DNA of 64,000 nt from Acidimicrobiia bacterium (GCA_965203555.1 CBDBCY010000004.1:576001-640000); one strand, 5' to 3'; positions 36,071 to 46,102 are shown, counted from the first letter of the stretch. Notes: generated from the sequence alone by a model not told the origin. Translations and numbers: made by a program.

Positions 36071-37265
36071 CCCTGATCACCTCCTCCAATACCCGATCCG
36101 CCAACCGGTCACACCCTCGGCGGAACCTTCCTCTCTGCACCAAACTCCCGTTCCATGCCGCCTCCGCCACCCTGGCGTCCTCGGGGAGGAAGGCGATCCG
36201 AGCGCGGCCCACCGCCGAACCCAACTCTTCGAACAGCGCCCGCCTCACGGAGATGGAACCGGGGGTCCGGTTGACCACCACGTGGATCGAGATACCCGGG
36301 TGCCGGGACCGAATCTGGCCGATCCATTCGATCATCCTGACCATTCCCACCGGGTTGGGCAGGGCCACGCCTACCACCGCGCCGGCTGCTTCCATCACCA
36401 TATCCGACACGCTCCCGGTCACGTCCCACACGGGCTGATCGTTGGAAGCGGTGTGCCAATGTCCGAAATTGGCCACTGTCGCATCGGTGATCCTGGCGCT
36501 CTCCAGCAACACCTCCGCCACTTCTCCCCGGCGCAGACGGGTCCGATCAACGAGGTTGGGAACTCCCGGTAGGACTCGCAAAGAGCTTCCCCTCAATGTA
36601 TGCCAACAGGACTCGAGGCTGTCACTGTGGTGGTGAACCGCGTCGATGGCGGTCAGCAAATTGGGATGCAGACCCAAGCCCAGTCGCTGCGCCACAGATG
36701 GCGCCCGCTGGTCGAGATCGAGCAGTCCCACCCTTTCGAATTGCTCGGCCAATCTTGCGGCCAGGGCAATCGCCACCTCGGTGGCGCCGCATCCCCCCGG
36801 GGGAGCGCCGACCGCCACCAGGGGACGGGGGTGCTGCGCCATGTCATCCGCCGAGACGGGACTCTTTGCCTTTCCCACCCGATCCCCGTCGGTCTCCCTG
36901 CTGATCCCCAACTGCTCTACCAGCGCCAGGAATTCTTCCGGATCGGCATCGGCTTCTATCACCTCGGTAACTTCGCAGGCCAGCAGCCGGTCTTTTCCGT
37001 CGGGAAACTCAGCCGGGTTGTAGACGCCTACCACGCGGCGTCCTGCCCGGTTCAGTTTCTTCACCAGGTGTGGCGACAAGAAGGAGCAGATGTCATCAAT
37101 GAGCAGGACGTCGAAATTCTCCGAGAAAGCGTCCTCCGGCTGCATCACATACAGCCGGACTCTTGCCCCGCCATGGTCGACCAGGAATCGATGCAGATAC
37201 TCAGACCATTGCCGGGTGGAGACAGCCAACGCGATCTCTATGTCCCTCACAGCGACGTCCCTCAT
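36063..37265 (-). CDS. CpaE/TadZ-like MinD-family protein
   Basis: Receiver-like N-terminus, degenerate P-loop GAPPGGCGAT, LLDLD, VVVNR, LPED. Confidence 0.8.
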   Translation of the reverse strand: MRDVAVRDIEIALAVSTRQWSEYLHRFLVDHGGARVRLYVMQPEDAFSENFDVLLIDDICSFLSPHLVKKLNRAGRRVVGVYNPAEFPDGKDRLLACEVTEVIEADADPEEFLALVEQLGISRETDGDRVGKAKSPVSADDMAQHPRPLVAVGAPPGGCGATEVAIALAARLAEQFERVGLLDLDQRAPSVAQRLGLGLHPNLLTAIDAVHHHSDSLESCWHTLRGSSLRVLPGVPNLVDRTRLRRGEVAEVLLESARITDATVANFGHWHTASNDQPVWDVTGSVSDMVMEAAGAVVGVALPNPVGMVRMIEWIGQIRSRHPGISIHVVVNRTPGSISVRRALFEELGSAVGRARIAFLPEDARVAEAAWNGSLVQRGRFRRGCDRLADRVLEEVIRGE

Positions 37266-38065
37266 GGCAGCAGTCCTCCTTCGATCGGCGGGGAAACTCC
37301 CGAAGCCGGGACGCCCGGCAGGACCGGGTCATCCGCCGACAACGGTGCCGGGAGCTCACCCGAAAGAGTGCCCTCCTCCAGCAAGACTCGCACCGTCGGG
37401 GAAGAGGCGCCGGTGGACCTGAGTACCTCGACCTCGGCATTGGCCAGCGCCAGCGCCAGGATGAGGGCGGTGCGGTCGTCCACTTCCAGAACCAGAAAGA
37501 AGCTGTCGGACAGACCGAGGGCACCCTCGGACTGTCCCGGAACGTCCAGGACCGGCACTCCGGTCGCCACAAAGGACGCCTTCTCCTCATCCACCCTGAT
37601 CACATCCACCAGGTCGCCGGGGACCAGATCCCCGCCGGTGGCGTGCTCGACGTCGACGGGAAAGCTCATAGCCCGGAATCCCGATGTGGTGAGGGGTGCC
37701 CGCAGGTCTGCCTTGCTCAGCAGCGATCCTGAAGCCGTCCTGGTGGTCACTATCCATCCTCGATATTCGGCCAACTCGTTCTCCGAGATCAAACCGGAGG
37801 CGACCGGTTCCGGCACATCCATCGACACCAGTTCAATGTCGTCTGCCCGGAGGTTGCGCCCCGGCGGCAGGTCGGCCCGGCTCACCGCCATCCTGGTAAG
37901 CGGGGTCTCACCGCCGCGCAGCAGAGCCAGGTTGGCAATCAACGCCAGAACACCTGCGGCGATGATCAGCAGGTGGATGCCGGAGATGGACGGGAAACGC
38001 TTTCGGCGTCGGGTGGAGTGCCCGGTCCGACCGTGGGTTGGATTGGATGATGTCGAAGTTGTCAA
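37262..38065 (-). CDS. cpaB: CpaB/RcpC-like SAF-domain pilus assembly protein
   Basis: TM helix, ADLPPG, RAMSFPVD, GGDLVPGDLVDVI. Confidence 0.8.
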   Translation of the reverse strand: MTTSTSSNPTHGRTGHSTRRRKRFPSISGIHLLIIAAGVLALIANLALLRGGETPLTRMAVSRADLPPGRNLRADDIELVSMDVPEPVASGLISENELAEYRGWIVTTRTASGSLLSKADLRAPLTTSGFRAMSFPVDVEHATGGDLVPGDLVDVIRVDEEKASFVATGVPVLDVPGQSEGALGLSDSFFLVLEVDDRTALILALALANAEVEVLRSTGASSPTVRVLLEEGTLSGELPAPLSADDPVLPGVPASGVSPPIEGGLLP

Positions 38066-38182
38066 CGTCCCTCCCTTTGCCGACCGCCCCCGATCGGCGC
38101 TGTAGAAGAAGTAGGATCGGTAACCGACTATATATTTGGAGGACTCAGGGAACGGTTATCCAGGGAGGAGTAATTTCTCAAC

Positions 38183-38782
38183 ATGACGGTTTTTTCCACT
38201 AATTCGCCCGAAAGCGAGCGTCCTGGGGATGAGCCCCTGGCAAATCTTGCCCGCTTCCTGCGCCAGGGCGTAGGCCAGGAATGGCGAGCGGAACTTGAAG
38301 CGACCGAGTTCGAGACTCACCAGCAGCGTCTTCGCTCCCGCACACTGCAGAACGTGACAAGGATGCTTCTCCACCGGGGGGACCGGCTGACAGTACAAAC
38401 CGGGAAGCTGCAAGTGAGCGGAGAGGTAGTGGGGTGCGGTGCAGATTATCTGACGCTGGGAACGGAAGGCACGCGCGTGGACGCCCGTCTGGATCGCGTC
38501 GCCATGGTGGTGACCAAACAGGTGGCGGGAGGCATGGAAACCGGGGGAGGTGCGCCTACCTGGCGAGCCCGATTCCAAGAGTTGGAACTGACCGGAGAAC
38601 CAGTGGAACTGTACGGACCCTCACTGGGCGGCTCCCGGCAGGGCAGAATCAGAGTGGTGTCCACCGACCACATCTGGCTGGTGGATCGGGCGGGTTCAGA
38701 CGTCTACCTCCCCTTCGAGGAGATAGTGGTGGTTATCACCCTCGGTCACGCCAGCCGATCATCCGCCGCGATTGTCGGCTAG
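38183..38782 (+). CDS. conserved hypothetical protein with two Sm/LSm-like beta repeats
   Basis: GDRLTV...GEVVGCGADYLTL and GEPVEL...GRIRVVSTDHIWL...YLPFEEIVVV. Confidence 0.7.
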   Translation: MTVFSTNSPESERPGDEPLANLARFLRQGVGQEWRAELEATEFETHQQRLRSRTLQNVTRMLLHRGDRLTVQTGKLQVSGEVVGCGADYLTLGTEGTRVDARLDRVAMVVTKQVAGGMETGGGAPTWRARFQELELTGEPVELYGPSLGGSRQGRIRVVSTDHIWLVDRAGSDVYLPFEEIVVVITLGHASRSSAAIVG

Positions 38783-39015
38783 GAAGTACCACTCCGGGTT
38801 CCCTCGGGGACCACCGGATGAGCCCTTATGTAGTCGATGATCTCCGAATAGATGAAACGGTACACCCGCGATCCCGGCAACTGGTAGGCCGGCAGGCGAC
38901 CCTCCCGGGCGTATTTTCGCACCATCTGCACATTCATTTGCAACAGTTCCGCCACTTGCGCCGTGTCGATCACCGATGGATACTCGCCTTGTGTATGTTT
39001 ATGGTTTTCTACCAT
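38779..39015 (-). CDS. excisionase/BldC-like helix-turn-helix protein
   Basis: IDTAQVAELLQMNVQMVRKYAREGRLPAY...YRF. Confidence 0.85.
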   Translation of the reverse strand: MVENHKHTQGEYPSVIDTAQVAELLQMNVQMVRKYAREGRLPAYQLPGSRVYRFIYSEIIDYIRAHPVVPEGTRSGTS

Positions 39016-39183
39016 TTTGTACCTCTTGTGTAGCTGTCCGAATTATCTGCAAAATGATCGGTGAACTTCAATGAGGGGCCACCGGTTTTTTTCGCGCACC
39101 ACCACACACCTTTCGAAAGTAAGAACCCTGGGCAATGCTTGCCCTTGGAGGCCCGACTCATGCGTTGCGGTCACAGGCAGGGG

Positions 39184-39256
39184 CAGCCCCGACCGGATTC
39201 GAACCGGCGTTACCGGCTTGAGAGGCCGGCGTCCTAGGCCACTAGACGACGGGGCC
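39184..39256 (-). tRNA. tRNA-Glu(CTC)
   Basis: GGCCCCGTCGTCTAGTGG...CCGGC-CTCTCAA-GCCGG...GGTTCGAATCC. Confidence 0.96.
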
Positions 39257-39281
39257 AACAAGGCCGAAGAATACTCGACCC

Positions 39282-39356
39282 TGGCTCGGGGGGAAGGACT
39301 CGAACCCTCAATAACAGGGCCAGAACCTGTCGTGTTACCAATTACACCACCCCCGA
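39282..39356 (-). tRNA. tRNA-Gln(CTG)
   Basis: TCGGGGGTGGTGTAATTGG...ACAGG-TTCTGGC-CCTGT...GGTTCGAGTCC...GCCA. Confidence 0.96.
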
Positions 39357-39404
39357 GGGCGTCTCTGAGGATAGCAGCACGGCGGCAGACTCGCTCCGAG
39401 CGTT

Positions 39405-40748
39405 TCATCGGCTGCAGGCCTCCCCATCGTTGTTCCCGTCCAGCCTGTCACGGTCCGCTCCCACCACGGTCAGAGGACGATATCGGGAGGGGATATCTGC
39501 ACAGTTCACGTCGTTTTGGGTGTTGGCCAGTCCGGGTACGGCTTCGCAGGGGTCCCCGGCCGCCGATGTGTAGGGACAGGATCCGGCGGCGTTCATTGGA
39601 GCGGAGGTGGTCGCAGCGGCATCCGACGGGATAGAGACCGGGACCGTGGTGATCGTGACCGAAGAGTCGCAATAACCCAGCATCTCCTCCAAGCTTCGTA
39701 TCTCCGCCCGATCGGCGGTGAGGTTCCATGTCACTTTGACCGTTATCCAATCTGTGGCGTACCTGCACCACGCCGACCCGTTCGACGGCCTCCACTCAGC
39801 GGGGTCACGCGACCCTTTGGACCGGTTGGAGGAGGCGCTCACTGCGGTGAGCGCCTGCGGATGCTCGATGTCATTTGCGTAGCGACGCTTTTGAGACGAA
39901 CTCCACTGCCATCCACCTGAGGAATGCGCTTCGGCCAGGGGCACCATATGGTCGATGTCCAGATCGGACGGATCTGAGATCAACCTGCCGTCGTACCAGG
40001 AAAGCCAGGTTCCATCGGAGCGCCGCTCCTCATCCAGCACCGCGCATCGGGTGTTGCATCCCGAGCGGACCGTCGTCCACGATCCGTACAGATCCCGGTC
40101 GTAGGCCACTCCTCCATCACTTTCCTCCGCCCAGGCCAGCACCACCGACACTGTTTCGATCCCCTCCGTCAACTCCTCGGTCGCCGTCGACATGGTGATG
40201 GATCCAGGGGCGCCGGAGGATGCGACGCCCGACTCTTCGGGGGTGACAGCCTCCACGATCATGGTGGTGGTTGAAGGGGCGTCGGCGAGGTCGCCTTCCG
40301 ATAAGACAGCGGTAGTGCTCGTCGACGGAGACTCGCCCGCCTCGGTCGAATCCGTCGCAGTTGTCAAAGTAGTGGTGGAATCTACGTCCGGGACAGGTTC
40401 GGAGGAGGAGGTCGGACCGTCCGCCGTCGACTGTTGTCGACTCGTATCCCGAGCCTCGCCGGTCCCCGCCATGGGATCGATGACCAAAAGGTTCAACCAC
40501 AACAGTTGAAAGACAGCCGCCAGGGCCGACAGCAACAACATGGACAGACGTCTACCTCCCCTCGGAAGAGGCCGGCGGGACTTCCTCCAACACCACACCG
40601 CCGCCATGCCCGGATAGAGCAACAGAGTCATAAACCCGAAGAGGAACCAGACCAGTGCCCTGAACCACTTGTGGCGAAAGGTGGATATCCGCGCCTTTAT
40701 CCGCCTGAAAAAGGTTCCTGGGGTGAGACCCGGCTCAGAGTTCGCCAT
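39405..40748 (-). CDS. membrane-anchored DUF1524/HNH-type nuclease with Excalibur-like C-terminus
   Basis: Two TM helices, Ser/Thr linker, YDRDLY, GCNTR, LDIDHMVPLAEA, SNRSKG, CRYA; C-terminal DVNC...LDGNNDGEAC. Confidence 0.85.
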   Translation of the reverse strand: MANSEPGLTPGTFFRRIKARISTFRHKWFRALVWFLFGFMTLLLYPGMAAVWCWRKSRRPLPRGGRRLSMLLLSALAAVFQLLWLNLLVIDPMAGTGEARDTSRQQSTADGPTSSSEPVPDVDSTTTLTTATDSTEAGESPSTSTTAVLSEGDLADAPSTTTMIVEAVTPEESGVASSGAPGSITMSTATEELTEGIETVSVVLAWAEESDGGVAYDRDLYGSWTTVRSGCNTRCAVLDEERRSDGTWLSWYDGRLISDPSDLDIDHMVPLAEAHSSGGWQWSSSQKRRYANDIEHPQALTAVSASSNRSKGSRDPAEWRPSNGSAWCRYATDWITVKVTWNLTADRAEIRSLEEMLGYCDSSVTITTVPVSIPSDAAATTSAPMNAAGSCPYTSAAGDPCEAVPGLANTQNDVNCADIPSRYRPLTVVGADRDRLDGNNDGEACSR

Positions 40749-40866
40749 GGTGAAATATCAACATAGCAGGGTACAGTAATCACATCAAAGTCACTGATAG
40801 ATGGAGTGCAATATCATTTACGGTTATCAAAGGTCAACTGTTCCGCAGGCTCATAGGGTTTGCCCC

Positions 40867-41307
40867 ATGCGCGGTATATCGGTATCAATCGCGATATCCG
40901 CTCCTGTGGAAGTAGTCTGGGAACGGCTCTCCGACCTTGCCTCCCACTCGGAGTGGATGACCGATGCGGCCTCGATCCTGTTCCTAACCGATCAACGCCG
41001 CGGAGTGGGGGTGGGTATGAGAGTACCTACCCGAGTGGGGCCCCTGCGGGTTGTCGACCTCATGGAAGTGGACGAGTGGACCGAATTGCAGCGAATCGGT
41101 GTTCGACACGTCGGCCGGATCGGCGGCTGGGGACGGTTCGAATTGGCCGGTGACGGGAATGGGAGCCTCCTTACCAGAAGAGAGCAACTTCACTTTCCCT
41201 GGTACATGGGCGGAGTCTTCACCGAATGGTTTGCCCGCCCCATTCTCCGCCGAATATTTCGGGCCAATCTGGCCGGCTTCGGGCAGTGGGTGGAAAGGGA
41301 GCCTTGA
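40867..41307 (+). CDS. SRPBCC (START-like) family protein
   Basis: ISAPVEVVWERLSDLASHSEWM, TRVGPL, GWGRFEL. Confidence 0.85.
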   Translation: MRGISVSIAISAPVEVVWERLSDLASHSEWMTDAASILFLTDQRRGVGVGMRVPTRVGPLRVVDLMEVDEWTELQRIGVRHVGRIGGWGRFELAGDGNGSLLTRREQLHFPWYMGGVFTEWFARPILRRIFRANLAGFGQWVEREP

Positions 41308-41316
41308 GCCCGAGGC

Positions 41317-42087
41317 TTAACTTCCTCCGAAGGTAGCCCGACGTTTCTCGAGGAAAGCGGCTACCCCCTCCCGAGCGTCGTCGGTCCAAAAACTGTCGAC
41401 AAAAGCCTGTCGCTCAACCTCCATTGCATCCCGCAGGTGGAGCCCCAGGCCTCCGATCAGCGCCCGCTTGGCGGCTCCCAGCGCCACGGTCGGGCCCCTG
41501 GCGAATTGTTGTGCGTCTTCCATGGCGCGGTCCAGCAGTTCCTTGGCGGGGAACACCTTGTCGGCCAGACCCAGTTCCCGGGCTTCGGCGGCCGACACGA
41601 ACCTGCCGGAAAAGACGATGTCCTTGGCCTTCTGGAATCCGACGATGCGGGCCAGCCGCTGGGTTCCCCCGGCCCCGGGGATGATTCCCAGCTTGATCTC
41701 GGGTTGTCCCACCTGGGCGTCATCGGCCAGGTAACGAAAATCACAACCCATGGACAGTTCCAATCCACCGCCCAACGCGTATCCGAAAACCGCGGCGATG
41801 GTGGGCTTGGCGAGGGACTCCAAACGCCAGATGGCGTCCACCAACTCAGAGGCGAGGTCTTCGGTCATCTTGCCGGAGTCGTAGGCGGCCTGGAAACCTT
41901 TTATGTCCGCACCGGCGGCAAAGTGGGGCTGCCCGGTCACAATCACTGCCCGCACGGCGGGATCCTCGGCTCTCCCGAACGCTTCATTCAAGTCAGTGGA
42001 CAATTGCAGCGAGAGGGCATTGACCGGCGGGCGGTTGAGACGCACCACCGCCACCGAACCCTCCCTCGAGTATTCCACCAATGACAT
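41317..42087 (-). CDS. enoyl-CoA hydratase/isomerase
   Basis: LNRPPVNAL, FAAGADI, GYALGGGLEL, GQPEIKLGIIPGAGGTQRL. Confidence 0.95.
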   Translation of the reverse strand: MSLVEYSREGSVAVVRLNRPPVNALSLQLSTDLNEAFGRAEDPAVRAVIVTGQPHFAAGADIKGFQAAYDSGKMTEDLASELVDAIWRLESLAKPTIAAVFGYALGGGLELSMGCDFRYLADDAQVGQPEIKLGIIPGAGGTQRLARIVGFQKAKDIVFSGRFVSAAEARELGLADKVFPAKELLDRAMEDAQQFARGPTVALGAAKRALIGGLGLHLRDAMEVERQAFVDSFWTDDAREGVAAFLEKRRATFGGS

Positions 42088-42400
42088 CAGAGCCTCCACT
42101 TTCCTTCGCCGGCCGCCGGGACTCCACCGAGATTACACATGAAGCAAGGCGGACAACTTCCTTCCCATCCCCCTGCCGTTCCCGACCCCGGATCAAAACC
42201 ACCCCCCACAACGCGAAAACTTTCACCGGCAAAGGGTTGACTTCTGTCCCACCCCTTTTGCAAATTGAATGAAACCAGAAACCGACGAGGGTTTGATCAG
42301 ACGTCATCAGGCCCGCCGGAGGATCATATTGGATACAGCTCCCAGGAGGAGCCTGGCGCAGCGCGCCATCAACGGCACGGCGGAGGTGGGGGAGGGACCC

Positions 42401-42460
42401 ATTAACTGGGGGTTTCGCGCATTAACCCGGGGTTTCGCGCATTAGAGGCGAGATTTCGCG
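42401..42460. repeat. 20-nt tandem repeat, three copies (third degenerate)
   Basis: ATTAACTGGGGGTTTCGCGC / ATTAACCCGGGGTTTCGCGC / ATTAGAGGCGAGATTTCGCG. Confidence 0.75.
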
Positions 42461-42676
42461 AGTGCACGGCCACCGTTGCGGTGCTTTCTCGGCGACGCTT
42501 CCTTGTCTGTTCACCCACAGTTCGCGAGCAGGTTGGTCCCACAACCTTGGCTGCGCAGGTGAGCCAATCCCATGTCAAGCAGCCGCACCGGCCAGTGTTC
42601 CTAGAATGGGGCAAGCTGTTAAAACCGCTTTCGGATGGTCATCAGTAGGGCAAGCGGCGGGGAGAGCGCGGACACC

Positions 42677-43903
42677 GTGAGAAAATCTGTGAGGGTTTGG
42701 GTTGTGGCGGGTCTGTTGGCGTTGTCGTACGCTGCAGGAATGTGGTCGCAGGTTGTGACCCCTTTGGATTGGCCCGGTGAGGCGGTTCCCGCCAAGGTGC
42801 TGATGATCGGTCTGAAGGACGGTCGCTTCCTGGGATACGCGGTGGCCGACCTCTCCGAACGCAAACTCGAGGTCTACTACGGGAGACACATCCACTCCCC
42901 TGTCGGTTCGGGCGGCGGTTTCATCACCTCTCGTGGCGACATTCTCATCGAAGGAAGAAGAGGGGGGTATTTGGTGCCGGGTGGAGACTTCGCGGAGCCT
43001 TCATTACCCGTGAGACCTTCCAGACATGTTCCCGAAAGGGATGGTGTCGCGCCCTCGATGGGGTTTGTGACAGACCCCACCGGTTCCCTGGTGTGGATCT
43101 ACCAGAACATCGACATGCCCGGGCTCTGGCCGGATCCGAGGGGAGGAGCGATGAGTCGCATCAAGGAGACGTGGGTGGATCTCTTCAATGTCGATACCGG
43201 CGAGATTGTTCTGACGGCCGACATCCACGGGGACTGGGGAGTGGCGGGGGCCCTACAGGAGGGCCTGTTGCTGCGCGAGAGACACAACCGTATCTTCAAG
43301 GTCAACCGTCACACCATCGACAGCACGGTACTCGAGGAGCCGGGGCGGATTCTGATTCTCAGACCGGACGGACGTCGAGAGTATGTGACGCCGGACCTGG
43401 ATGGGACACCGAATCTTGAGGCACCGGCAGAGGGATGGAGACAGGGATTCGGGATCTGGGGTACCTACGGGAGCCGTTTTGCCCTTATGACGAGGGACGA
43501 AGGGGAGATGTTTGTAGTGGAAGCCGACACGGGCGTTACCCACCCGGTACCGAAACCGCGCGCCGGTGTCTGGAGATGGACGGGCCTCCCCGAGATCAAC
43601 ATCGAATCCTCGTCGTCACAGAACTCGGACGTGTTCCTTACATTATTTCAGACCACAGTTTCCGGCCAGCTCACCAACGACTGGTCCCTGCACGAAGTCA
43701 GGCTCTCTGATCAGTCGGTTCGCAAACTCCACGAGTCGCGGCTTCGTGCCAAGAGCGTTGCCAACGGTACGGCTGCGCTGGCGTTTACGGGATGGCCGGT
43801 ATCACCGGACAACGACGCGGTGATCAATCTGATCGGTCCGAACGGGGATTTGATCCCGGTGGCAGCAGCACCCGATGACTTCTTTTTCCTCGACGCCTCC
43901 TGA
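42677..43903 (+). CDS. hypothetical exported beta-rich protein
   Basis: Long ORF with a signal-like N-terminus (RKSVRVWVVAGLLALSYAAG); no family recognised. Confidence 0.7.
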   Translation: MRKSVRVWVVAGLLALSYAAGMWSQVVTPLDWPGEAVPAKVLMIGLKDGRFLGYAVADLSERKLEVYYGRHIHSPVGSGGGFITSRGDILIEGRRGGYLVPGGDFAEPSLPVRPSRHVPERDGVAPSMGFVTDPTGSLVWIYQNIDMPGLWPDPRGGAMSRIKETWVDLFNVDTGEIVLTADIHGDWGVAGALQEGLLLRERHNRIFKVNRHTIDSTVLEEPGRILILRPDGRREYVTPDLDGTPNLEAPAEGWRQGFGIWGTYGSRFALMTRDEGEMFVVEADTGVTHPVPKPRAGVWRWTGLPEINIESSSSQNSDVFLTLFQTTVSGQLTNDWSLHEVRLSDQSVRKLHESRLRAKSVANGTAALAFTGWPVSPDNDAVINLIGPNGDLIPVAAAPDDFFFLDAS

Positions 43904-43918
43904 GAAACCAACCGCTTC

Positions 43919-45970
43919 CTAGCGTTCCGGGTACTCCAAGAAGACGCCCCGTTCCCAGTTGTCTATCCGGTGAACGCCGATTCCGAAGGAGGTCACCGAA
44001 TACAGCCGGTCATCAATGACTATCACCCGCTGGGGGACGGCTCCCCATGCCCGGTTCCAGGCCCTCTCGTCTTCGCGGACCGGCCCGTCCTCGAGAGGAC
44101 GCAGGAGCGCCTCCAGGATCAGTTCGCCGGATCGCACCTCCACCGCCGCCACGCCCGCGTCCAGGACGTAGTAGTCCTCTTCGTCCTCCCACCAGTAGGC
44201 GTGGTAGGGAACGTACGCCAGGTCCTCGAAATAGAGGAAGGCTCGATGGTCACTCTGCACCGGGGACCAGCTGTACATGTCGTGGTCATAGTCTTCGGGG
44301 AGAAGGAGTTGAGCCACCCGGATGGGATCGGTCGGATCGGAGACGTCGAACAGCGAGACCTGCAAGCCTTCGACCCGTCCCTCCAGGGAGGCGTCCTGGC
44401 CCACTCCCAGCAACAGGTCCTCGCCCACCGGGTGCAGGTACGAGGAGAAGCCAGGGATCTTGAGTTCTCCCAGCACCTCGGGGCTGGTGGGGTCGGAGAG
44501 ATCCAATGCGTAAAGCGGATCAATCTCACGGAAGGTGACCACGTAGGCGTCAGATCCCATGAACCTCACCGAGAAAATGCGTTCTCCCTCCCCCAGCCCC
44601 CAGACCGATCCGATCTCCTCGAGTAAATCGCCCTCGGGTCGGAGCACCGTCACGTGACTCTCGGAATCTTCCGACCACCACCAAGGCGGTGAGGATGTGG
44701 CGGCCACTCGAAGGTCTCCGTCGTATTCGTCCATCGAGAATTGATTCAATAAGAACCCCTCCACTTCTCCGCTGGCCTCATAGACAGGACTTCCGGAGCG
44801 GGAGGTGTCGAATTTGTGGATCAGCGTCGTGTATCCAAGGGATTCCGACCGCACGACGTCGTCGGAAAGGGCCCGCCAGTCGACCCACCGGGAAGTGGCC
44901 ACGTAGACGCTTTCGGGGGTGGCGTAGATCGTGTCCCCCTCGGCCACCACACTGGCCGTGGTCCAGTCAGCGATCCCCTCCGAAAGATCGAACATGACTA
45001 TGGAGAGTGTGTTCAAACCAGAGAACACGCCCGGCGCCAGGACGTTGGAGCAGTCGACCATCTGTCCCCACTCCGGATCTCCACCGTCGGGGTCAGCCAG
45101 CACATAGGCCGGCAGCCAATTGCCCAGGGTGGAGTTGCGCACCAACTCCCGGTTGGCCTCTATCGCATCCTGCTCGGCCCGCAGGCCGCTCCCGCGGGGA
45201 CGTTCCCACTCGATCCCCACCGGGCTGGAGGTGATCACCACCCTGGCTATTCCGTCGGAGAGCCGGGACCCGTTGTAAATGCCGTCCATGCTCAGGTCAG
45301 CAACCACCTCGGGCGATCCCCTGTCGGAGATGTCGACCTGAACGATGCGGGTGACGGTGCCCACCCGGTACTCGGAGGCCACCAGCAAGAGCGTGTTCTC
45401 GTAAAGCAGCATCTCCCGGGGCTCGAAGCCGACGTCGAGCGTGGACTGAAGGTTCATCGCGCCGTCATCTACTTCGACGATGCGAAGACGGCGCAGGTCA
45501 TCCAGTGAATAGATGTGGAAGCCGTCGGTCTTCACCAGGTCGGCCTCGTCCACTCCGGCCACCTGCACATTCGTGCCGGTGAAAGAGGGCGTCGACTGCG
45601 AAGAGGCGGCGGGCTCGGCCTCAGCCGCCATTTCCTCCTCATCCGCCATCGCCTCGTCACCTCTCCAGATCGAGGAGCCTCCGTCCAGCCCGTAGGGTCC
45701 CACCAACTCCAGGGCGTTCTCGATGTAATAGTTCAGGATCGCGTCGCAACTCGCGAACGTGCGCAGCCCGACCGTGACCAGCGTCGGCCCTGCATCTGCA
45801 CCGGTCGTGGAAGTGCCCGCCTTGGACGTGGATGTGGGTTGCTCCTCAACCGTCGTATCAATAGGTGCAGCGGTGGTAGAGGTCTCCGAAGGGATCTGGA
45901 CCTCCACGTCGGCGCGGCAGGCCGAAACCAGCATTATCCCCACCACTGTCAAAGTCAAAAGGCGTTTCAT
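43919..45970 (-). CDS. beta-propeller-domain secreted lipoprotein
   Basis: Lipobox LVSAC, TNVQVAGVDEADLVKTDG, LNQFSMDEY, YVVTFREIDPL, GELKIPGFSSYLHP. Confidence 0.9.
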   Translation of the reverse strand: MKRLLTLTVVGIMLVSACRADVEVQIPSETSTTAAPIDTTVEEQPTSTSKAGTSTTGADAGPTLVTVGLRTFASCDAILNYYIENALELVGPYGLDGGSSIWRGDEAMADEEEMAAEAEPAASSQSTPSFTGTNVQVAGVDEADLVKTDGFHIYSLDDLRRLRIVEVDDGAMNLQSTLDVGFEPREMLLYENTLLLVASEYRVGTVTRIVQVDISDRGSPEVVADLSMDGIYNGSRLSDGIARVVITSSPVGIEWERPRGSGLRAEQDAIEANRELVRNSTLGNWLPAYVLADPDGGDPEWGQMVDCSNVLAPGVFSGLNTLSIVMFDLSEGIADWTTASVVAEGDTIYATPESVYVATSRWVDWRALSDDVVRSESLGYTTLIHKFDTSRSGSPVYEASGEVEGFLLNQFSMDEYDGDLRVAATSSPPWWWSEDSESHVTVLRPEGDLLEEIGSVWGLGEGERIFSVRFMGSDAYVVTFREIDPLYALDLSDPTSPEVLGELKIPGFSSYLHPVGEDLLLGVGQDASLEGRVEGLQVSLFDVSDPTDPIRVAQLLLPEDYDHDMYSWSPVQSDHRAFLYFEDLAYVPYHAYWWEDEEDYYVLDAGVAAVEVRSGELILEALLRPLEDGPVREDERAWNRAWGAVPQRVIVIDDRLYSVTSFGIGVHRIDNWERGVFLEYPER

Positions 45971-46102
45971 GTTTTGCCCCCTTGTTCCGGAGTCCCTCCT
46001 TGTTGATCTCACATTAGGTCCCGCAAAGGTCGTATGTCCGGGGATTGTTCTCCCCGATCATCTTTCAAGACGCAGCCGGCGCCGAATAGTTTCCTTGCGC
46101 AA

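Noticed and set aside
36600-38105. 501-aa plus-strand ORF and many similar long antisense or alternative-frame ORFs
   Set aside because: These are shadow ORFs expected in high-GC DNA; they overlap well-supported genes and lack motifs.
38779-39356. Prophage or ICE at tRNA-Glu suggested by the excisionase-like gene
   Set aside because: No integrase, phage genes or duplicated tRNA 3' end was seen nearby.
39043-39634. ORFs overlapping 39043-39634 and 26474-26986
   Set aside because: They overlap clear tRNA genes and are spurious.
42401-42460. Possible mini CRISPR array
   Set aside because: The repeats are directly adjacent with no spacers, only 20 nt long, and no cas genes are in the window.
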